Assembly (NCBI GenBank): GCA_964645475.1
Contig: CAZYAC010000001.1
Location: 1 to 45,852 of the forward strand
Reading direction: 5' to 3'
DNA from: an uncultured Saprospiraceae bacterium
Lineage (GTDB): Bacteria; Bacteroidota; Bacteroidia; Chitinophagales; Saprospiraceae
DNA length: 45,852 bases
Each line of letters begins with the position of its first letter. Position 1 is the stretch's first letter. A program made the position numbers and the translations under genes. The notes below the pieces were generated by a model that saw nothing but the letters and a program-made list of their open reading frames with translations, searched no databases and was not told where the DNA came from. This document shows positions 27,386 through 36,400 of the stretch, one piece after another.

Positions 27386-28948
27386 TTATCTTATTTGAAG
27401 TTGTTCTTTTAATGCTGATCGTTTTACTTTACCCGAACCTGTTCTGGGAAAAGATGCCACAAAGGTAATTTTCTCTGGAATAGCATAAACTGGTAATTTA
27501 GTTTTTAAAAATAGTATCAATGCTTCCTCCTTAATATCCATACCAGACCGCAAAATAATCACCGCTTCTAATTTCAAATTTTCCTCTTTTTCCTTTACCG
27601 CTAAAACGACCGCTTCTTCTACTACATCATGTGATACTAGCTTTGCTTCTATCGAGCCTAACTCAATACGATATCCACGGATTTTAACTTGGTAATCTTT
27701 TCGACCTAAAAAATGCAAAACATGATCTGCATCTAAACGAACTAAATCACCAGTCCGATAAAAGATATCATCTATATTTGCACTGTTTTTTCTTCGATAA
27801 AACGACTGTTCAGTTAGTGCTGGTTGCTGCCAATATCCTTTCATCATCGTAGCACTTCGCACACATAACTCTCCCACTCCAGTTTTTAATTCTTCCTCAT
27901 TTTCATCGAGGACAATGCTCGCGGTATTTTTCCAAACCTTACCTAGAGGAATACCCTCTTCACCAACTGGTGGACTAGGGATATTGTAATACGTACATTG
28001 ATTTAATTCTGTTGGACCGTAGATATTACTAAACTTGGCATGGCTCCAAAGTTCCATCAATTGACGTAAATATTTAGGTGGAAATGCCTCTCCTGCATAA
28101 AAAACCCACCGTAAGCTATGCATGTTTTTTTCTTCCAATGATCCATTTTGGAGCATTTGAATTAAGGCTAAGGGGACTGAATACCAAACCGTTATTTTTT
28201 CTTTTTCTATTAGCTGACTCAAACTCGCTGGCAAGACAATATGAGCATCAGAAGCAATGACGGTACAACCTCCTACAAAAGGCGCGGTAAAATATCCAAG
28301 GGTAGAAATATCAAAATAAATGGGTGCATGGTTTCCAAAAACATCATTTTCGTTTAACCCATAAAGATCTGCCGTCAAGCGAGCATACGCTAGACCACTG
28401 GCATGGGTATGCATGATTCCTTTGGGATTTCCAGTAGAACCAGAAGTGTAAATAATGTAGGCAATATCATTTTCCAAAACAGGAAAAGGCAAGGTAAGTA
28501 TTGTTGGTTGTTCTTCTAATTGCTCCCATAAAAAACTAGGAATATTACCAGCTTCTTTCACCCCTATTATGGCATCTAAATCTACCTTCGATTCAATGAT
28601 ATTTTGAATATTCCTTCTTTGTGCATTATTGGTAATTAAAATTTTAATCCCACAATCATTGATAAGAAAACGAGTTCTCTCAATCGGTACTTTGGGATCG
28701 AGCGGAACATAAATGGCTCCCGCTTGCATGATCCCATACATTGCAATTGCGGTCTCTAAACTTCTATTTAAATAAATTCCAATTCGATCTCCTTTTTCTA
28801 TTCCAACTTGATGGAGCAAATTAGCCAACTGGTTCATTTTTACATTTATCTCGCTAAAAGTCAACGACTTAGCACCAAATCGAAATGCTTCTCGATTGGG
28901 AAATTGCTTGGCAGAATTTGAAATAGTATGTGGCAATAAATAAATCAC
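27386..28948 (-). CDS. Free-standing NRPS-type adenylating enzyme (DltA-like amino acid--carrier protein ligase)
   Basis: YIIYTSGSTGNPKG, FDISTLGY (an Asp235 equivalent is present, so an amino-acid substrate is likely), NIYGPTE, YRTGDLV, GRKDYQVKIRGYRIELGSIE and GSGKVKR. Hand-derived specificity residues D-I-L-Y-F-A-I-Q-C-K match no code I recognise. Confidence 0.8.
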   Translation of the reverse strand: MIYLLPHTISNSAKQFPNREAFRFGAKSLTFSEINVKMNQLANLLHQVGIEKGDRIGIYLNRSLETAIAMYGIMQAGAIYVPLDPKVPIERTRFLINDCGIKILITNNAQRRNIQNIIESKVDLDAIIGVKEAGNIPSFLWEQLEEQPTILTLPFPVLENDIAYIIYTSGSTGNPKGIMHTHASGLAYARLTADLYGLNENDVFGNHAPIYFDISTLGYFTAPFVGGCTVIASDAHIVLPASLSQLIEKEKITVWYSVPLALIQMLQNGSLEEKNMHSLRWVFYAGEAFPPKYLRQLMELWSHAKFSNIYGPTELNQCTYYNIPSPPVGEEGIPLGKVWKNTASIVLDENEEELKTGVGELCVRSATMMKGYWQQPALTEQSFYRRKNSANIDDIFYRTGDLVRLDADHVLHFLGRKDYQVKIRGYRIELGSIEAKLVSHDVVEEAVVLAVKEKEENLKLEAVIILRSGMDIKEEALILFLKTKLPVYAIPEKITFVASFPRTGSGKVKRSALKEQLQIR

Positions 28949-30096
28949 AAGCCTAATAATTTTGCAATAATGTTACGTTGTATATCCGAAGTCCCTGCAT
29001 ATAAAATACCTCCTACAGAATCACGAAAATCTCGATCTACCCCTGTATCTGTTAAATAGCTAATGCCACCGAATGTACGCATTGCATCAAGGCTCGATTG
29101 TAAAAACGACTCACTCAAACTCAATTTTAACATAGCTGATTCCAACATAGCGGTTTCACCGTTTTGCTTTAACCATGCTGTTTTATACAATAATAACCTC
29201 GCCGTTTCTAAGCGCAATTTCATCTCCACGATCCGATTAGAAACAGATTGAAATTTACTGATTGATTGATCGTATTGTTTACGTTCTTTGGCAAAATTTA
29301 TCGTGTTTTCTAACTGTCGCTCCATTGCTCCTAATTGACTGGCTAAGATACAACAGCGATCATATTCTAAGGAATGATTAAGGATACTAAATCCTAGGCC
29401 TTCGCTGCCAAGGATATTTTCATGCGGAATTAAACAATCTTTAAATTCCAATGCTCCAATAGGAATAGAACGCATCCCCATTTTAGATTTTCTTTCACTT
29501 CGTTGAAATCCTGGCGTATCTTTGTCCACCAAAAAAGCAGAAACGCCCCATTTTCCTAATTCAGGTTTAGCATTGGCAAACACCAAGACAAAATCACAAA
29601 TTGGAGCCAAGGTGATAAGATGTTTTTTACCATTGAGTAAATAGCCATCTGATTGTTTTATGGCCGTCATTTCCATGCTAAAGATATCTGATCCCGCGTT
29701 GGGTTCCGTCAAAGCATGGCAGCCAATTAACTGTCCTTTAGCCATCGGAACGAGATATTTTTGTTTCTGTGTTTCATTACCAAAATGCAGTATTGGAGTT
29801 TGTACCGTCCACATCTGTGCATTGAGTCCAAAGGCTAGTCCATTATCTTCACAGCCATATCCAAAGCCTTCCATTGCTAGCAAGGCTCTCATAAAATCGA
29901 CTTTTTCAAAATCGCCACCATAGGGTTGGGTGACGGCAAGAGACTGAATACCGAACTGTGCACATTTCTGCCATAACGCTATTGGAAATGTTTCTGTTTT
30001 ATCTCTTTCTAGGACATGGATATTAAGTTCGTTCTTTGCAAAAGAAATAACTTCCTCTTTAAATTCCATATAATCCTCAGGCCAAGAAAAATCCAT
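28945..30096 (-). CDS. Acyl-CoA dehydrogenase-family flavoprotein (probable acyl/aminoacyl-S-carrier-protein dehydrogenase)
   Basis: CHALTEPNAGSD and the ACAD N/M/C domain order. C-terminal YAGTSDIQRNIIAK has a variant of the catalytic-base region (usually YEG; here Y-A-G). 4-nt overlap with the ligase gene. Confidence 0.75.
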   Translation of the reverse strand: MDFSWPEDYMEFKEEVISFAKNELNIHVLERDKTETFPIALWQKCAQFGIQSLAVTQPYGGDFEKVDFMRALLAMEGFGYGCEDNGLAFGLNAQMWTVQTPILHFGNETQKQKYLVPMAKGQLIGCHALTEPNAGSDIFSMEMTAIKQSDGYLLNGKKHLITLAPICDFVLVFANAKPELGKWGVSAFLVDKDTPGFQRSERKSKMGMRSIPIGALEFKDCLIPHENILGSEGLGFSILNHSLEYDRCCILASQLGAMERQLENTINFAKERKQYDQSISKFQSVSNRIVEMKLRLETARLLLYKTAWLKQNGETAMLESAMLKLSLSESFLQSSLDAMRTFGGISYLTDTGVDRDFRDSVGGILYAGTSDIQRNIIAKLLGL

Positions 30097-30174
30097 TCTT
30101 ATTTTTTTACAGTAAAAATATTATTATCATGCAAGATAAGAGCTAATAAGGTTAATTACGATAGAAATTTATGT

Positions 30175-30217
30175 TTTGGATTAAAATAACTCATTCTTTA
30201 CAAAATTTTAATCCAAA
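30175..30217. repeat. Perfect 13-bp inverted repeat TTTGGATTAAAAT-N17-ATTTTAATCCAAA
   Basis: Read directly: 30175-30187 is the exact reverse complement of 30205-30217. Confidence 0.85.
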
Positions 30218-30221
30218 CATA
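30214..30221 (-). promoter_or_regulatory. Candidate Bacteroidetes -7 promoter element TATGTTTG (TAnnTTTG) for the minus-strand train
   Basis: Plus-strand CAAACATA is TATGTTTG on the minus strand and overlaps the right repeat arm. A near-copy, TATGTTTTG, sits on the plus strand at 30170-30178 overlapping the left arm. I found no clear -33 TTTG. Confidence 0.3.
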
Positions 30222-30336
30222 CATGGTTTTTCGTAAACGATTGTATAACTTGGATTAGTTAGTCACCTTTTAACTCCGTTTAAACAAATTTTATGTGGAT
30301 GAACGATTGACAAATAGGCCATAACAACTGTATACG

Positions 30337-32109
30337 ATGTTTAAAATATTTACAGAGAGAGAGAAATTTAAATTTGTTGGTCTTGCCGTAGCTATCCTTA
30401 TCATGGGATTTCTGGAGGTGATAGGAGTAGCGTCTATCTTACCTTTTATGCAATTAATTGCAGAACCTAATGCCATAGAACAATCTTCCGTACTATCTGC
30501 AGGCTATCGTTTTTTCGGTTTTGAAACTCATCGAGAGATGCTTATCTATTTTGGTATTGGTATTATTGTTCTTATTGGTATCACGAATATCTTTGCGATT
30601 TTTACAACTTGGATACAATATAAATATTCTTGGGCTGTAGCTCATAATTTAAGCATTCGCTTACTACAGACTTATATTGGAAAACCGTATTCCTACTATC
30701 TAAAGACCAATACTTCAAAATTACAAACTTATATTGTATCCGAGGTCAACATGTTGACTGGAGGTATTATTATTCCATTTATAGAAGTAATCTCTAGGTC
30801 CTTTGCGGCGATCATTATTTTCACCTTACTATTGACGGTTGATACTAAGATTGCACTCATCATGTTCGGAAGTTTAGGGTTTGCTTATTTTTTAATCTAT
30901 CTTTCCCAAAAGGGTTTTCTTAGAAAGATTGGAACCCACAGAATAGAAATGAATATGCTTCGCTATCAAAGTTTACAAGAACTTTTAGATGGCATAAAAA
31001 CGATTCTAGTTTATAACAAGCAGCATTTTTTCTATAATAGATTTGAATATGCATCTAAAGAATTTTGTGATGTACAACCAAAGTATAATTTATTATTAGC
31101 TGCTCCTAGATATATTTTAGAATTTTTAGCTTTTGGGAGTATCCTTGGCGTTACGATGTATTTATACACCTCTGAGGGAAATATCCAATCAGCTATTCCA
31201 AGGTTAAGCCTTTATGCGGTAGCTGGATATCGACTATTACCAGCTTTACAGAAATCTTTTGCAGCAGCAGCCAAAATCAAACATAATTATCCCGTATACG
31301 AAAGATTGCGTGATGATTTAGAATATAGCTTAAAACATACCCTCAAATCAGCTTCTCCCCCTCTTCCATTGCCCTTTAAAAAGGTTATTGAGATAAACCA
31401 TTTGGGATATTCTTACGAAAATGTGGAAAATACCGTAATAAAAAATCTAAATTTGAGAATTGTTAAAGGTGAAATAGTTGCCTTTATTGGTTCTACTGGC
31501 TCTGGTAAAACTACCTTCGTTGACTTGATTGTTGGTCTGCTACACCCAAAAACTGGTTCTATAGATGTAGATGGAATTCCATTAACACCAAAAAATATTC
31601 AGTCATGGCGGGATAATTTAGCGTATGTTCCTCAAGAAGTCTTTTTATTTGATGATACGGTTCTCAAAAATTTGGTAATTGATAATAATCAAGAGACGCT
31701 TGACTTTGAAAGATTAAAGCAGGTATGTCGAATAGCCAATATTCTCGATTTTATCGAACAAGAATTGCCTAAAGGGTTTGAAACTAAAATTGGAGAGCGA
31801 GGTGTACGTCTGAGTGGTGGACAGAGACAACGTCTAGGTCTAGCGCGAGCTTTGTATACCAATCCTGAACTATTAATACTAGATGAAGCTACTAGCGCAT
31901 TAGACAGTATTACTGAAAAAAACATTATATCTTCTTTAAAACAACTGCCTGCTGATATTACCATTATTATTATTGCTCACAGACTTTCGACCATCAAACA
32001 TGCTGACTGTATTTATGTACTGGATAATGGAAGTATTTTTTCAAAGGGTAACTATAATACTTTGATGGAAACAAATGATACTTTTAGAACTATGGTAAAA
32101 CTTTCCTAA
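30337..32109 (+). CDS. ABC exporter, fused permease/ATPase (MsbA/type I exporter-like)
   Basis: Six N-terminal TM segments, Walker A GSTGSGKTT, signature LSGGQRQR, Walker B LLILDEATS and H-loop IAHRLS. Confidence 0.85.
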   Translation: MFKIFTEREKFKFVGLAVAILIMGFLEVIGVASILPFMQLIAEPNAIEQSSVLSAGYRFFGFETHREMLIYFGIGIIVLIGITNIFAIFTTWIQYKYSWAVAHNLSIRLLQTYIGKPYSYYLKTNTSKLQTYIVSEVNMLTGGIIIPFIEVISRSFAAIIIFTLLLTVDTKIALIMFGSLGFAYFLIYLSQKGFLRKIGTHRIEMNMLRYQSLQELLDGIKTILVYNKQHFFYNRFEYASKEFCDVQPKYNLLLAAPRYILEFLAFGSILGVTMYLYTSEGNIQSAIPRLSLYAVAGYRLLPALQKSFAAAAKIKHNYPVYERLRDDLEYSLKHTLKSASPPLPLPFKKVIEINHLGYSYENVENTVIKNLNLRIVKGEIVAFIGSTGSGKTTFVDLIVGLLHPKTGSIDVDGIPLTPKNIQSWRDNLAYVPQEVFLFDDTVLKNLVIDNNQETLDFERLKQVCRIANILDFIEQELPKGFETKIGERGVRLSGGQRQRLGLARALYTNPELLILDEATSALDSITEKNIISSLKQLPADITIIIIAHRLSTIKHADCIYVLDNGSIFSKGNYNTLMETNDTFRTMVKLS

Positions 32110-32120
32110 AACACAATTTA

Positions 32121-33353
32121 ATGAAACAAAGAATCACCTCTATTTTTTTTTTAATCCTCGTTCTTAGTTTTTTTCTTCCTAACTTAGTCCAAGCACACTC
32201 CCCTGATCAAAGCTATTTATACTTAAGAATATATAAAGCATCCATCGGTGGTCGTTTTGAGATGACGGCTAAGGACATGAATAAAGCACTTGACTTAAAT
32301 CTAAATGATAAATTAGATATGGCTAGTGTGAAACCTCACTTACCAAAAATTTATGCCTACTTAAAAAGTAGATCTTCCTTTCAAGCTGGTGCTGAAAAAT
32401 ATACCGTTGAATTCCAAGAATCAACGATCTTAAGCTTAGAGGAAATGGAAGATTTTGTGCGCTTTCATTTTGATTTAAAAGGCGTAACCAAAGTACCAGA
32501 AGGAATGGATATTGGCTATGAAGTTCTATTTGATAAAGATCCCATTCACAGAGGTGTCCTCATCGTCGAATATAATTGGAAGGCCGGAATTGTCAATAAT
32601 GAGGCATTAATGTCTAATATCTATAGCCCTGGAAACACCTTACAAAATCTTTCGCTTGCTGATGTATCGTTGTGGAAAGGATTCGTTGCATTAGTAAAGT
32701 TAGGGGTATGGCATATCTGGATTGGATTGGATCATATCTTATTTATTATTGCGCTTATCTTACCTTCTGTCGTGCGACGAAGAAAAGAAGGAGATGCACT
32801 CACTGCGCTTGACAGTAATAGCGCTTGGATTCCAGTCGACAACTTCAAATCTGCATTTTTATACATCATTAAAATAATCACTTTTTTTACCATCGCTCAC
32901 TCCATCACTTTAGCATTGGCATCCCTCAACATTGTCAATCTCCCTTCTTGGCTGGTAGAGTCTATCATTGCTTTTTCGATTGCACTTGCTGCGTTACACA
33001 ATATTACGCCCATCTTTAAAAGCAAAGAATGGATTATTGCTTTTGGATTTGGTTTATTTCATGGATTTGGATTTGCTAGTGTTCTTGGCGAAAAAGGTTT
33101 AGGTGGCGATTATATGATTTTATCCTTACTGGGTTTTAATGTCGGGGTTGAATTGGGTCAAGTACTCATCATCTGCATGGTATTTCCTTTTCTTTATCTA
33201 CTCAGAAAACAAAAAATATATCCTCCGATCATCAAATACGGCTCTATCGTTTTAATTTTAATTTCTTTCTATTGGATGTACGAAAGAATATTTGATGTTG
33301 AGTTGGCTTGGGGTGGTTATTTTTGGAATATCTATGATGCGATTTTCAAGTAA
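32121..33353 (+). CDS. HupE/UreJ_2-family membrane protein with N-terminal periplasmic domain
   Basis: Signal peptide ending VQA|HSPD. C-terminal TM bundle with GVWHIWIGLDHILFIIAL, FTIAHSITLA and LFHGFGFA motifs typical of HupE/UreJ-type metal permease-like proteins. Confidence 0.65.
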   Translation: MKQRITSIFFLILVLSFFLPNLVQAHSPDQSYLYLRIYKASIGGRFEMTAKDMNKALDLNLNDKLDMASVKPHLPKIYAYLKSRSSFQAGAEKYTVEFQESTILSLEEMEDFVRFHFDLKGVTKVPEGMDIGYEVLFDKDPIHRGVLIVEYNWKAGIVNNEALMSNIYSPGNTLQNLSLADVSLWKGFVALVKLGVWHIWIGLDHILFIIALILPSVVRRRKEGDALTALDSNSAWIPVDNFKSAFLYIIKIITFFTIAHSITLALASLNIVNLPSWLVESIIAFSIALAALHNITPIFKSKEWIIAFGFGLFHGFGFASVLGEKGLGGDYMILSLLGFNVGVELGQVLIICMVFPFLYLLRKQKIYPPIIKYGSIVLILISFYWMYERIFDVELAWGGYFWNIYDAIFK

Positions 33354-33409
33354 AATATTTGAGTAGATTGATCGAATAATTTGATTAATAACAATCTAGG
33401 TCATCCTTT

Positions 33410-36400
33410 ATGTCTTCAGATCCTAAAAATAAAAAATCCTCCATTTTAGCACAATGGCGAAATCGTAAAAAAGACGTTTCGCCTGCTTTTACTATTCCCC
33501 TAAAACCGAAAGAGGAAATTGCTAGACCTTCAAGTGGTCAACATCGACTTTGGTTATTACAAAAACTATATCCTGAAAATCCCTTCTATCAATATGCTCA
33601 TTTATATACCATAAAAGGAACACTAGATATTGATTTACTAAAGGATAGTTTCCAATTTTTAATAGATAAACATGCTATTTTAAGAACTAACTTCTTAGAG
33701 ACCGAAGAAGGGGTGATTTTAAAAATTAATCCTACTGAAAAATTAAATTTTGATTTTACTGACCTATCTGATTTGAAGGTTGAAACAGCGCAACAACAAG
33801 CTCAAAAAACCATCCAAACACATGCGCTTAAAACATTCAACCTTGAAAAAGATAGCTTAGTCAGGCTCCATTTATTAAAAATAACTAAAGACCAATTTCT
33901 TTTAGCCTTATCTATTCATCATATCATCGGAGACCGTTCTTCTCTACTATTAATGAATCAGGAATGGCTCAGATATTACAAAACGATTAAGGAAAATAAA
34001 GACATTCCCTCTTTTGATAAAAACAGTATACAATACGTAGACTATGCCCACTGGAAAAACCAACAAGCAACCAAGGAAAAAGATATCCAATATTGGCAGC
34101 AAAAACTAAGTGGACCGTTAGCGACACTTGCTTTGCCTACTGATTTCCAAAGACCAAAGGAATTTAAATTTAAAGGATCTACTATACGTCAGTTATTGTC
34201 TCCCACTGTTTCACAACAACTAAAACAATTAGCTAAAGACCAACAAACTACCATGTACGTGGTCCTTTTGAGTGCGTTCAAAACCTTATTATTTAGATAT
34301 ACGCATCAAGAAGACATCATTGTTGGTTGTCCTTTTAGTACAAGAGATCAAAAATCCTTAGAACAACTCATTGGATTTTTTAATGAAACTTTAGTTTTAA
34401 GAACTAGACTCTCAGATCAACTCAAATTTAGTGATTCTATTGCTGCGGTCAAAGAAACATCCATACAGGCATTGACCCATAAAAATGTCGGATTTGATGA
34501 ATTAGTTAAACGTATAAAACCCGGACGAAAGGGTACGACCAATCCATTATTTCAAATCATGTTTGTCTATAATGAGGTAGCTAATCGTCAAGCCCTTGAA
34601 GGGTTATCCATCACAGAAGAAACGATAGACTTAGGGGTTTCAAAATTTGATCTTACGCTTTTTGCAACAGATCAAGAAGATACCATTGAGCTTGCTTTAG
34701 AATTCTCCACAGAGCTATTTGAGTTAGAAACGGCAGCGCGAATATTAGACCACTTAAGCGATTTATTGACATCAATTGCAGGGGATCCTGCCCAGCAAAT
34801 TTCGCAAATCTCTTTTCTTGGAGCACAAGAAAAATCTAAGCTTTTAACGGAATGGAATAATACCAGTGTCAAGATTCCTTCCTATGATTCCATTCATCAA
34901 TTATTTGAAGAAAAGGCGACCCATCAACCTAACAAAATTGCGGTAGCATGTAATGGAGAAAAAATAAGTTATGGGGAACTCAACCAAAAAGCCAATCGGT
35001 TAGCTCAAAAACTGCTAACTTCTGGCGTCAAACCAAATGAATTTGTAGGTCTTTTTACAGGCCGCAGCATGGCGATGGTCATCGGCATTTTAGGAATATT
35101 AAAATCAGGTGCTGCTTATCTTCCACTCGATCCAAAATATCCAACCAAACGAATTGAATTCATGGTGGACGATGCAAAAATCAACACCATTTTGTATCAA
35201 AAAAAATGGGAAAAAGAAGTACCGCTTACGGTGGCATTTAGTCACAGCATTGAAGACGCTATCATTGAAAAAAAACAAGTAGATATTACTTTACCTACGA
35301 TTAGTAAAGATCAACTGGCCTATATTATTTATACTTCAGGCAGTTCTGGTATTCCTAAAGGCGTAGCGATCTCTCATCAAAATTTAATTCACTCAACTGC
35401 TGCTCGTTTTTATTTTTTCGAACAAAACCCTACTGCTTTTTTACTACTCTCTTCTTTTTCTTTTGATAGTTCTGTAGCTGGTATTTTCTGGACGCTTTGT
35501 ACTGGTGGAACTTTGGTTTTGCCACCAGCAAGAATCGAACAAGATATGCGAGCGTTGGCCCAAATAATTTTTGATCATAAAGTCAGCCATACTTTGTTAT
35601 TACCTAGTTTATACAAACTATTATTGGATAACAACAGTACTAGCGCACAGTTGGCTTCTTTACAAACCGTAATGGTAGCTGGAGAAGCTTGCTCGTCAGC
35701 TACCGTATTAGCTCATTTTAAGAAAACTAATAACGTTGAGTTGGTTAATGAATATGGCCCTACAGAAGGAACGGTCTGGTCTACAGCCTATCATATAACG
35801 CCCAAAGATGCGTTTGCAAATATCCCTATCGGGCGACCAATCCCTAACACACAACATTATATTCTAGATAAAAATGAAGCACTGCTGCCTATTGGTATTC
35901 CTGGAGAACTCCACATCGCAGGAGCAGGTATTGCTAATGGATATTGGCAGCGACCTGAATTAACGGCAAAGCGTTTTATTAGTAAATCTTTTGTCTCTTC
36001 AACGAGTGATAAACTTTATAAAACTGGAGATTTAGTCCGCTATCGAAAAGACGGAATCATTGAGTTTTTAGGGCGAATAGATCAGCAGGTAAAGATTAGA
36101 GGTCACCGAATAGAATTAGACGAAATCAAAAATCATTTACTTCACTTAGCATCGGTGGAGGATGCTTTAGCTATTATCCAAAATAGGGATACCGTCCCTC
36201 GTTTGGTTGCCTATATTATTCCAACCAATAAGGAAGAGGCTGTTTCTTTTAAAGAGGCATTGACAGAGCGTTTACCAAACTACATGATCCCTTCTGCTTT
36301 TATTAATTTGACGGAATTTCCAACATTACCCAATGGAAAGATTGACTACTCCGCTTTGCCAATTCCAACAAAAAATGACTTTATACCGGATCACGCATTT

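Larger units (their letters stand above)
30097..30336. promoter_or_regulatory. Divergent intergenic control region between the NRPS/capsule train and the ABC-HupE-NRPS2 operon
   Basis: 240-bp AT-rich gap between divergent start codons. It holds the only strong inverted repeat I found in an intergenic region, plus two Bacteroidetes-type -7 box candidates. Confidence 0.5.
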
